NCBI RefSeq assembly: GCF_030684315.1
Contig: NC_081387.1
Coordinates: 20,146,678-20,210,677 of the forward strand
DNA from: Stegostoma tigrinum
Lineage: Eukaryota
Reading direction: 5' to 3'
DNA: 64,000 nucleotides
The position numbers and the translations under genes are program-made. Numbering within the stretch: the first letter of the stretch is position 1; each line of letters starts with the position of its first letter. Below the pieces are notes generated by a model. That model saw only the letters and a list, made by a program, of their open reading frames with translations. It was not told the origin of the DNA and made no database searches. This document shows positions 25,156-37,349 of the stretch, one piece after another.

Positions 25156-28100
25156 GCTTGTACGCTTTTCGTAACTTTATCGTCAACATGCAACTGAAAA
25201 GATCAGTCACAATTTGCCAGCACTGGTGAATTAAAGGCCACAAGAGGGCGCTGCTGCACGTGACATTGATGCTCTAAACCCTTGGAACAAAAGTGATTTA
25301 TTTTGCCCTGCCCTTCTTGAGGTGGTTCACCAGCCACACCTCTGTTTTTGCGCACTTTATTCCTTTTGTACCCATTGTTCCTCTACGAATTCCAATTCTT
25401 TCCACTAGGGTTAGGAATCAGCGATGTTGGTCCATGGAATTGCAATTACAATCAAAGACTAGCGGCATCCCAGTCAGAAGCAAGCAAAGATTGTAGAGCA
25501 AGTAAAGATGGTTATGGTTATGAATATGGTGTCATGGTTTGCTTTCAAGGGAGACAGAAGTTTAACGGTCAAAAATGATCTGGCTGTTGTGGGATTTTGA
25601 GCCTTGACCAATCAGTGCGATATGTTTGTTCTTTCACCATCCACATGCATCCTGAATTGAATGTGAGAATGCGAATGTAGATGTAATTAATTCTTTCTGA
25701 GAATACGCAATTAGATCTGCAGTAAAGGAGCATTTACGTTAACTCATATCGTCCTTTTAGAGTCAATGTGTGCGTTGTTGTTTTATGGTGCCTGTTCTCA
25801 AATCACATTGCATTTTATTTGCAGTGGGTTGCTCAATGGAAAGCATGGAGAGCGGGTCAGCTAATATCTATCCATTGGGTCAAATGCAATATGTTCACAA
25901 AATACAAATGATCCAGAAGTTTGTGAAAGAAGACAACCAAGAGGGAGCATGAAAGCTAACATAAGAACGGCAGAAGTAGGACCAGGAACAGGGTATTAAA
26001 CAGCGCCACCCCGTCACCACCCCCCCACCCAAGCCTGACCCACCATTTAACAAGGGCATAGCTGATCTGCCACAGGTCTCAAATCATCTTTTGTGCAGTT
26101 TGTCATAGCTATCATGATCATCACATCTATCTACTTCCTCTTTAAGCTCATAATCTATTACATGGTAGTAGTGGTCCAATCAAGTCTGCACGCGTCTTCA
26201 CTGTTGAATGGAAATGCTACTGCCGTGTAGTTCTCCATTTGACACGTTCTTTGGTTCACAGCCACAAGCATTGTACGCGCGGTGCGTCATGGTGGTTAGA
26301 TTGTTTCGTGCCTGTCTGTGCTTACATGAAACCAATCTGTTCAAGCTGCCACTGCTTGAGCATATTAGCTGTTTTCAAACCAAAGTTATTATTTATGGTA
26401 CTGCTCGCGACGTCTGCAAAGTATGCACATAATAGTATGCATTCGCTGAACCCACTTAATGGGAGGAAGATACCGAACAGTGTGAACTTAACTTTACTGT
26501 TATAGATCCAATCGCACTTCGTGTTCAGTTCTCCAAATCTAGAAATCTAAAGTTTGGTCTTGCAGGCGTCAAATTTAGTGGCCCGACGCGGGTCATCTTG
26601 AGAAGCGGTGTCAGACTTTCTATAACAGAGAGGGTTGGCAGGACGCACTAATTCGCTAGCATATGCCAGAATCTAGCTGCGGGCCACGACCAAGTTTCAG
26701 TACAGATAGAATTGTCTATTTCCTCTCCTGAGGGCACTAGGAAACCAGTTGTATCTTTACAACAGTTTCATAGACACTTTCGCCAATATTAGCCTTTTGC
26801 TTACAATTCCTCACATGCATAATTTACTTCGGCAGTGACGACAATACAGGATTTTAGATTACTAGTCCAGTAAGGTAATTATATCATAACTGTGGGCCCG
26901 TTAACATGATCTGAACTAATGTTATTTTCATAGGCAACTGGAAACGTTAATGGTTTAAGTAGGGCTCTCCCGGGCTGGAGCCTACGCAAGGTTAGCGCAC
27001 GCTGTGCACAGTAGTGCACGTCCTGTCAGTGCACACGCTACGTAGCTATTTGGCGCTGCATGCAAATCGAGTATTTGAATGGTTTCCCGGCTGTTTATTA
27101 ACTGCACTAATTGTGCACACGCTTGTTTTTGTCAACTTGGAGGCAATTGCCGTGCCACAGCTTGGTCAGACTTTCGCTATGAAAACAAACACTCGTGTGA
27201 CATTTTCAAGAAAACGAGACAGATAGGTAAACACAATTGCAAAGTCGCTATTCTTACACAGCCGCCACAAATTTTCGCACGTTATACTTCATCGAGTCCA
27301 TAGTTGTTGTTATATTAGTTTTTCGGTTGACAGTCTTGGAATGCAATTGTGTCGGGTCTAAATACAACTCAGATTGCTTCTGAAGTGAAACCAGGTGTGA
27401 ATCACACTGTTTTCCAGATTGGTGAATTCACAAGCCAGTGACGGGTCGGCGACTGAGGCACTTCATCTGAAATGAGCCGTAAATCATGGAGGAATGGATT
27501 TATTCATAGGCTCAGCCAAGTTGACAGCGGCTGAAGGAAACGCAAATGTAGAACTTCTGGAGTACTTGGAGACATGATCAAAGAACAGCATTAGATAGAG
27601 CGTTAAAACCTCAGAGCCTGTGTCCCAGACACCCGCTGACAGGTAAAGCTCACGATAAAATGACGGAACATCGGCAGAATAACCGGACTGAAAGTGAGGA
27701 GTTATTGGCAACTGGAGATTTCATGTAATCCGGTTACGATTCAGAAAAAGCGAGAGCTCCATTTCAACTTGTTACTCAGCTCTAGACTGGCGGAGAGGCC
27801 GTGAGAGACGCAGCATTCGATTTTATGGAAAATATCGCTGCAATTGAAGGATGCAACGGAGCAGGCTGGTGTTTTATTTTCTGAATTATTCGCCACTTTG
27901 AGCACTTCTTTTGCATCCGAGCAAATGCAAGCACACTTCAATCAATTTACCAATGATAACATCAGATCCCACCCGTGTTGTTAGGAAGCCATTACTCCTT
28001 TTACCTAATTGTAAAATATACTGAAGTATTCGCGCTGCGATATCAGCGACGAACTCACCACACGTGTAAATCATGTTTCTCAACGGGATCCCCTTCTAGC

Positions 28101-28433
28101 TATGCGCGATATAATTGCCGTTGTTACATAATTGCCAGCGGATTTGAATGACTAGACGAGATGAATACATTGATAAAATGTCGGTACTGTTTTATTTCAG
28201 CATTTTTAGCCAAATTGCGGAAGCCTTTCGGCGCATGGAAGGCGATTCGGCCCATCGTACTCGAACTGGCTCTTCAAACAAACATCGTTATCTACACCCA
28301 ATATTTGGCCTTCTTCTCCACACCCTTGTATTTTTCTTTTATCGAAATGATCGGTTCATGCCTTCTTGAATACCTCAAATGAACCTGGCTCCATTATGCT
28401 TTCAGGTTGCAAAGTCGATCCTGTAACTACTTT

Positions 28434-29210
28434 TTCTGAAGAAGGGCTTAGGCCCGAAACGTCAGCTTTCCTGCTCCTCTGCTGCTGCTTGGCCTGCTGT
28501 GTTCACCCAGCTCTGCACCTTGTTAACTCACTGTAACTACTCACTTCTTTTTCTCTTCTTACCCTGGTGCTTTTGCAAATTGCTTTACCGGCGTCGTCCT
28601 GTCCTTGATCTTTTTACAATCAAGAACAATTCCTCACCATCTACTCTATTCAGGCTGCGCCCAAATTTGAAAGCCTTTGTCAGATCTTCTGTTAGTTTCT
28701 TCTCGCCAAGAGCAGCAGTACCAAGCTACCTACGTAACTGAAGCGTGAAGGAACCAGTATATAAGTTGCTCCTGCTCTCTCTCCAATGCGTTCACATTGT
28801 TCCAAAAACGAGGCACACAGAACTGCACACAAAACTCCTGCTGAGGTCTAGCTAATATCTTATGTAAGTTCAATGCCACATCTGGCTCTTGTATTTTATT
28901 GCTCTGTTAATAAAGTCGAGGATATTTTGACTTTACTGAGTATTCTTTTCACCTCTCCTGACATCTCAATGATCTGCGTACCTATACACCCAAGTTCCAA
29001 CGCTCCTGCAACCCGTTTCGAATTCCACCCTTTATGTTATAATGTATTTCAACATTCTTCCTATGTAAATACTCCATTTCACATTTTGCTCCACCGAAAC
29101 CCAATAATACCAATTGCCCTCTCCACCACCTGGCTATGTTCTTTTGGAGTTTTATACAGTCCTTTTCACAGATTCCATTTCTTGCAAGTGTTGTGTCATT
29201 TGAAATTGTC
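28434..29210. mobile_element. Penelope fragment (28434-28530) and decayed CR1 (28740-29210, minus)
   Basis: Similarity to other copies in the window. Confidence 0.6.
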
Positions 29211-29269
29211 TTCTGCATACCAAGATCTGGATCATTCACATCAATGAGGAAGATGCACGTGCAGAATTA

Positions 29270-29592
29270 ATCAAAGATAGCACTTTCCAAACTCATGACC
29301 ACTTCCATCCAGAGGGACAAGGGCAACAGATATATGGCAGCATGACCACCATCAAAATCCCATTCAAGCCACTCACCATCTTGATTTGGAAATATATCGC
29401 TGTCCCTTCACTGTTGCTGAGTCAAAATCCTGGAATTCCTTCCCTTATGGTATTGTGGGTCAACCCACATCAGGTGGACTGCTGCAGTTCAAGAAAGCAG
29501 CTCGGCGTCACCTTCTCAATGGCAGCTAGCGATGGCAAATAAAAACTGGCCAGCGAGCGATGCCAACTTCCGACAAATGAATTTTAAAAAAA
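29270..29592 (+). mobile_element. Family-B LINE 3' fragment
   Basis: Reverse complement of 21945-22260. Confidence 0.8.
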
Positions 29593-29907
29593 GTTATGAA
29601 CAGATCAAGTGTAATTAGCTCTGTGTATTGTAGATGGCAACTCCAATGGCGCTTTTGTTTGCTTGAATTTTGGATGTGCCACATACTGCTGAAAGTTGAT
29701 TTTAGACCAGTAACAAGACAAACAGAGGAAAGAGGCCCAGACAGTTTCTGTGAAATAATTCATTGATGAATTCATTAGGCACAATTACCATGATGTCAAC
29801 TTCTTATAGATGAGTTTGCTTTTTATGCAGGGTGAACTGAAATATATCTTCCTTTTTTTTCAGTCTTGCATTGCAGCCAATCGAACCAAAAACAGTAAGT
29901 AAGATAA

Positions 29908-30028
29908 CTTCAGAACCGTCTCCCCATCCCCCTCTCTGATGAAGGGTCTAGGCCCAAAACGTCAGCTTTTGTGCTCCTAAGATGCTGCTTGGCCTGCTGT
30001 GTTCATCCAGCTCCACACTTTGTTATCT
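29908..30028. mobile_element. Penelope-derived terminal fragment
   Basis: ctgatgaagggtctaggccc motif; flanks taagtaagat. Confidence 0.8.
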
Positions 30029-30234
30029 AAGTAAGATGACTTTGCTCTCTTTTAACTTTCTGACGAAGAAATCAATATATAAGAATGAAGAAACCTGCGG
30101 AGATAACCAGAATCAAGTACTGATTATAAAAAAAAATCGCACACTTGTTTGACGACTCAAGATTGCAACAGAGAATAAATCCAGAGAAGTGTTATTTTTC
30201 TGTCATTTATGCTTTAATGAATGCCTGCAATTTC

Positions 30235-31350
30235 AATATAGCATTTGCTGATCATCCATAACTGTCATTGAGACGGTGGTGGTGAGCCCTTCCTTGAAAT
30301 ACTGTAGTCAGTTATGATATTGTTTTGCTTACAGTAATGCTGGGGAGAGGGTTCCAGGATTTTGTCACAGTGGTAGTGAAGAAACAGTGACATAATTCTA
30401 AACCAGTGTGATACATCTTAGAGAGAAACTTGTATGGTGGTTGTGGTGGTGTTCACAAGGATATACTGTTTTTGTCCTTCAAGATATTGATCACAGATTT
30501 GCAATGTACCATCAAAGGAGCCTTGGTGAGGAACTGCAGTGAAAGTTCCAAAGGGACGTGCTGCCACTATCCATCAGTGATGGAAAGACTGAATATTGAA
30601 GATGGTGCCTTGGATGTCAACCGCGTGGGTTGTTTTTTCCTGGTGGTTCTGAGCTTCTTGAATATTGTTGGAGCAGCACTGGTCCAGGGAATTGGATAGT
30701 ATAACATTAGACAACTGAACTGTGTCATGTAGATGGTGGACTGATTTCTGAGGAGTCAATATTTGAGTTAATTACCTCTTTTATTCCTTGTCTAGTCATG
30801 GAGTGTAGCGTTGATGCCAGTTATTACTAATCCCTAACTGATCTTTGGAGTGCATGACCTGTTGATGAAACTATAGTATTTCCATAGAGTCATAGAGTCA
30901 CAGAGATGTATATCACAGAAATAGACCCTTTGGCCCGAGTCGTTCATTCTGAAGTTCATTCAAAATCCTTTCTGAATCCTTTCAAACTTCACAAAATCCT
31001 TCATATAGCAGGGAGACCTGAATATCACGCAGTATTTCAAAAGTAGTCTAACCAATGTCCTGCACAACGACAACATGACCTCCAAACACCTATACTCAGT
31101 ACACTTTCCAATAAAGGCAGGCATATCATATGTCTTCTTCACTATACTGTCTACCGGGCACTCCACTTTCAAGGAACTATGAAGCTGCCCTCCAAGAACT
31201 CTTTGTTCAGCAGAACTCACCAGGATATTACCATTACCAGTCCCGCAAACTTACTAATCATACCTCCTCTGTCCACATCCAAGTCATTTATATAAATAAT
31301 GAAAAACAGTAGACCCAGCACAGTTCCTTGTGGGACACTGCTGGTCACCG
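30235..31350 (-). mobile_element. Family-B LINE fragment (30235-30800) and CR1 fragment (30885-31350)
   Basis: ORF remnant EVMLSLCRTLVRLLLKYC; (catagagt)n tail. Confidence 0.7.
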
Positions 31351-33309
31351 TCCACACGGTTGTTTTATTTAAGTATCTAGAAAATGTTAATCCTCAAGAT
31401 GTTGACAGTGGACTTGTGCCATGGCCGTCATGCCATTGAGTGTCAAAGCCAGATGAGAAATTCTTTCCTGACACAAAAGGTCACTGCCCACCACATGGCT
31501 GGGCCCAATGCTAGGTGTTACTTGTCAGCTCAAGCCTGAATGCTGCATTTATTCAACTATTGAAAAGCCAGGAAAGGGATGTTAGAGTCGACAGTGATTG
31601 CCAAACGGATTATGGTCAAGATTGTCTCATAAACCATTCATTGTGAATTCGAATTCCCCTTGAAAGTGAAAGCTTTCAATGCTAGCTGCAACTCCATGTG
31701 TATAAGTCTCATCTTTGTGTCTGAACGTTGTTAGTCACACTCCTAACTGTTCGAGCACAGTCACTTTAGGCTGATATTTGAATGTTAGTTTCACTGGTAA
31801 AGTGTAACGAGAGATAGCTTTCTTTTAGATGATGCGATGAACAGCTACGGGTCATCTGAGCTGAGATGTCCTATTTCAATACGCCGGACAATAGGTTGTT
31901 CTACAGTAACAATATGATAATCATATGAAAGAAATAGTGTCGGAGCAACTTAGCAGTTCTTCTTTAGGAGAGTCATACGAGACCTGAAAGATTAATTTTA
32001 TGTCTCTCTCCACAGATGCTACCAGATCTGCTGCCAAGCACTATCTATTTTAATTCAGATATCCGCAGCGTTATGCTTTTATTTTATTTCTTTACAGTGG
32101 CATCGCCAATATTTATCCCTCTAGGAGCTTCACTGGACAATAAATTATCTGGTCATTATTACAATACTGTTGACGGATGGTCATTGTGTACGCAGAAAAC
32201 ACCTTTTCAACAGACACTCCCTTCAAAAAATGGCTGTAAAGGTGAAATGGAGCATCCTGAGATTGTACACAGTACCAGAAAATGCAGGGCTTTCTTTATC
32301 TTTAGTTCGAAAAAAGGTTGGAGAATTCTAATCCGTGTACTGGGTTGGAATGCCGAGCAGAAAATTGGGCTTTATTACTCCATTAAGGTTAATTTTATCC
32401 TGTGGTACTCCATACTATTTTAATATAAGAACGCACAGGTTAAAAGTGGCATGCATATCATCATTAAAAAGTCGACAAGCATAATTCTTTAATTCCTTAT
32501 TCACTGAATATTGCCCATGGATTCAATCTAGGACCCGAGAAAATAGTCACAACCCTTCACAGCTTCTGGGGAATCTGAGATTTGAGTTTCCAGTTCTGAG
32601 GTAGGGTCACCAGATCCGAAACAGTAACTCTGTTCTTCTTTTTTTCCTTACAGATGCTACCAGACCTGCTGAGCTTTTCCAACAACTTTGATTTTGTTCC
32701 TGATTTATAGCATCCGCAGTTCTTTCTGTTTTTTAATCTGATTTTAAAAATTTTGTTTGATCATCTCCCTACGCGGTAGCAGAGTTCGACCAGTTCCTGA
32801 ATTATGCCAGCAACAGTAAAGCTTCGTCATCCTTGTACTGAACGTAGTCGTCTAAAGCCTTGAAAGGGGTTTCCATCATTTGGAAACACGCAAAGTTAGA
32901 CTATGGAAGGTGCAGGCTTCGGGCATTAACGCTAAGCTAATAACTAATGTTGACTCGAAGAAAATGAGAGGGAATGGAAAACGAGTGGGCAGCTATTTCC
33001 AACTTGGTTGTGTTAAGTCATGAGACACGCTACAAATCTACCGCCAGAGTGTTCAAATTTAAACGGAGATACTGTTGATTTGGCAAAACGTAAAGATAAA
33101 GGAACAAAATATTTCATTCACAGAAACCTGGAAACCTGGATGCTAAGCGCTTGAATGTGTTTTTTGCTTCAAATTGTTAGTGACTTTTAAGTAGCATCTG
33201 ATGCAATGTGAAACTGCAAAGAATTTTCTACAGCTGTATGGATTTGTATTCCAGAATTAGCATGGCACAAATATTCTAGTGAACTGGTTGTATCGCACTG
33301 TCCCAAAGT

Positions 33310-35250
33310 AGGCAACCAAGCTTCTCAATACTGCTCTGCCACTCAAGAAGGTCAAGGCTGATCTGACTTCCCCAAATTCCTGCCTATCGTTGTGCCTGGC
33401 TGTTAATAATCTTCATGGATTTTGTCTTTCAAGGAAGAGAATTCTAACTATTCATGACCGGCTATGAGAACAAAGAAATCCTCACCACCGCCTGAAATGG
33501 GCAAATTCATTTTAACAGTGATTCCAGTTCCAGATTTTGCCTCAAATAGAACATCTTTTCCACATCCACGGTATCAACTCTACTTAAGACCTCAAGAATT
33601 CAATCAACTCTAGTTATTAAGTGATTTAACCTTCTCCGAAAGGCTTCCAGCTCACTTACTTTCTTCCTTAAATAAGGAAACTACACAGTCGCCCAGCTGA
33701 ATCAAACAAAACTTTGACATATTTTATTCAATTCCTCTCACAATAAACAATATGTTTTTGTTCACTCTCCTAAATACTTACTGTAACTGCACAGGAACAT
33801 TTTTCAATTCATGTACTTGAAAATCGCTCTGCAATCTCCCACAATCTAGAAAATACACTTATTTTTCTACTTTTCATGCTAAATTGGAAAATTTCGTAAT
33901 TTTCCATATTCAGATTTACTTTCACACTCAGGAATCTATATACATTTGTAACCTCATTATGCTTTCTTCACAACTTATGATCCTAGCGATCTTTGTCATT
34001 ATCAAATTTTGGAACTTTTTTTAATACTTCAGCTTTGCAAGGAAACTCCAAAGAGACACCCTTGCTAATGCCCTTGGCACACCACTCGGTAGGTTTTGCA
34101 AATTAGAAGCTCACCAGTTTATGCCTATTCCCTATTTTCTGTTAGCTAGCTCATCTTCTACCCATGCCAATACGATGCATCCTGCATCACGGGCTTTTAT
34201 CTTCTGCTAAAACCTTCGACATGGTACCTTACCAAAAGCCTTCTGAAAATCTATGTGCAATGCAATCACGTTACGCACAGCATGTGTTACAAACTCAAAG
34301 AACGAAGAAATTGGGTAAACATGATTTCTAAATCGAAAATCAAGTTTGTGCCTCTCGATTATCTTTTCAAATGCCCTTTTGTTACGCCTCTAATAGTCGT
34401 TTCTAATATCTTACGGATGACAGATGTCAAGCGAACGGACTTTTGGTTTTTTGCTTTCCGCGTCATCTCTTTTAGAATAAAGGAGAATGATTTGATAATT
34501 TGTAATGTAATGGAACACTTCCCGAATCTGAAAAATTTTAGAAAGTTAAAACCGAAACATGAACAATATACTAAACACATCTGCTAAGATGGCGCTCATG
34601 AGGACCCTGGAATTTGTCGTTCTGCAACTGCAACAAGTTTGTCTGCATCTCCTTCCTGGTGATTTTAATTTTCTTGAGTTCTTCCTCTCTTTTCTTTCTT
34701 GGTTCACAGATATTTCCGAGCTATTGCTGTATCCTCTTAAGTGAAAAATAAAGCAGTATAACTGTTAATTTCATCTGTCACATCTTTACTTTCCATTAGT
34801 AATTCCCCAGACTCACTCTCTATATGACCAACTCTCTCTGTTAAACCTATTCATTCCTAAATATCGATAGAAACGCTTACAATATTCCTTTGCACTTCTC
34901 GCTGGATTTCCCTCAACCTTATTTTACACGCCTTTTAAAAGCATTATGTATTCGTTTTTATTTTCTGTCCAGACTTCACACATCCATATTTGCACAAGTA
35001 TTTGTTTCATGTTTACATTTATTTATTTGTAATATAAACCATATTTTAGGTAGCCACGGAATGTTGGCTGACTCTTGGGAATTGATTCCTTCTTGGTGGA
35101 ATGTTTTCTCTTCTCTGCATTCCGAGGTATCTGCTTGAATGTCTGTGTCTGTACTTTTATTAACCTAATCATTAATCTTGTTTATCAGTTTACTTTAGCC
35201 CTGTCTCCAAGTTGAAAATTTCTAAAATATGGGCATAAATAAAACGTTTT
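33310..35250 (-). mobile_element. Highly decayed CR1 LINE
   Basis: Remnants such as LTSVIRKILETTIR and ttttcagaaggcttttggtaaggtacca (FQKAFGKVP). Confidence 0.6.
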
Positions 35251-35269
35251 GTACTTCTGTTTCATCTGA

Positions 35270-35600
35270 AGTGGTTAGCACTACTGTCGCAGAACTCCAG
35301 GGACCCATGATCGATTCCACTCTCGGCCGACGGTCTGCGTAAAATTTACACGTTCTCTTCGTGTCTACGTGCGTTTCTTCCGGGTGTTCCAGTTTCTTCC
35401 ATAGATGGGCAGGCCAGGTGGATTGGCCATGCTAAGTTGTCCATAGTGTCCAGGAACGTACATGCTAAGAGGGTTAGCCATGGGAAATGCAGCGTTACAG
35501 GGATAAGGAAATGTGGATGAGCTTGTTGGGATGCTGTTCGGAGGGTTGGTGACAAGCTTTGAGCCGAACGGCCTGCGTCCACACTATAGGGATTCTATGA
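35270..35600 (+). mobile_element. HE1-type SINE
   Basis: gtggttagcact head; tail tatagggattctatg. Confidence 0.75.
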
Positions 35601-37122
35601 TGTCTACTCCAATGTAAAATTTGACTGTGGGGCGGGGGGAGGGGTCGGGGGCGATGTGTTGGTCTCTAACTTTGCTTCGATTTGGAGTAGGTGAACCCAC
35701 AATGCCGTTCGGGAGAGAATTCAAACATTTTACCCAAGCGACACTGAAGGAGTAGCAATATGTTTGCAAGTCAGGATGGTGAGTGACTTGGAGGGGAACT
35801 TGCAGGCGATGGTGTTTCATTCCCTTTTATCCCTCCATTGGCAGTGGGTCGTGGAACATGTTGTTTAGGGAGTTCTGCTGAATTTCTGCGATGCCTTTCT
35901 AAATATGGTACCTACTATTGCTGCTGCGTTAAGAGATGACGTGGTTAAGACGCATGAATCTGGAGATATGTTTATAAGTAGTTGAGTTTTGAGAGGTGGT
36001 TGCACAACTAGAGGCCAAATCACAGCGAAGACTTTTGCTGTGAAGCCACAGCAGGCAGTTGTTACTACTTTAAATACTATACTTCTGGTTCATGTCCTCT
36101 GGTTGAAATACATTGCTGTTTTTTACATAAAGTTAAACCGTCTCCTTCGTGATTTATTCCTTTATCGTATATTCTTTCCCTTTGACCTCGAGAAATCAAA
36201 TACCCTTTCCATGAGTAGAATATATGTATTGACAACTGTACTAATTATCGTGAACTACAATTTCTTGGCATGATTACATCAGCTTTAGTGTGACTATGAT
36301 ATGACATTACAATCTTTAAAAAATCTGAATTACGCATGTGTCTTGTGCACTTATTCCAAAACAGTGGATTGTTTGAGTAATGTTGTCAGCTCTCCGACGA
36401 ATGTTGCTCTCTTATACCAAGGAATTTGCAGATACTTGACTTAGGTTTCCAATATGAATGCGTGGAAGTCTTAATAACTTGCATGACTTCCATTTTGACA
36501 ATTGCCTTCTAGCTCATTTGGCTCTTTCAGTGAAGTTGCAACTGGCTGAAACATCCACGTACTCTACTGACAAAAACGAAAGCTTTATCAAATTCAACTT
36601 ACAGTATAGACCATTCATTGGCACATGTAATAATTTACCAATGATTTGGACAGTTCAGCTGGAATTATATCAATAGTATTGTGAGTGGAGGTGCTTGTGA
36701 ATATCCAGTCAAAGTATTGTCATCGGTAGTTAGCAGAGGTATGAGAGTTAGGCATGCTGATACAACTGGCTATCTTTTCAAAATATAAAGCAATGGTTAC
36801 GGTTATGTGTTAGTACAATTCTTGCACGTATCTATTTTTGTGCATGTTTCTCTGTGCGTGTGTGGTCTCTGGATCGTTAAATGATGCTTATCTGGATTAG
36901 TAGAAATACTCACGACCTCTTCAGAGAAAGCTTAAGTTTTGAAATGTCAATCACTGCTAAGATTAGAAATAGAGTGACAACTGGTGTAACTTAACTGTCT
37001 TATTCCTGGAATATACCATGACTTAAAGAGAATTATAACTCATTGTGCATACAACAAATGGTGTGACTGATCGAATCTTCTACATTCGGCTGTGCTTTCA
37101 TAATGACATAAATTGTACCGAA

Positions 37123-37349
37123 GATAATAAAATGTGAGGCTGGATGAACACAGCAGGCCCAGCAGCATCTCAGGAGCACAAAAGCTGACATTTCGGGCCT
37201 AGACCCTTCATCAGAGAGCTCTCTGATGAAGGGTCTAGGCCCGAAACGTCAGCTTTTGTGCCCCTGAGATGCTGCTGGGCCTGCTGTGTTCATCCAGCCT
37301 CACATTTTATTATCTTGGATTCTCCAGCATCTGCAGTTCCCATTATCAC
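37123..37349. mobile_element. Young Penelope-derived palindrome with 14-bp target-site duplication
   Basis: ~190-bp near-perfect inverted repeat centred on gagagctctc; taaattgtaccgaa at 37109-37122 and 37350-37363. Confidence 0.9.
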
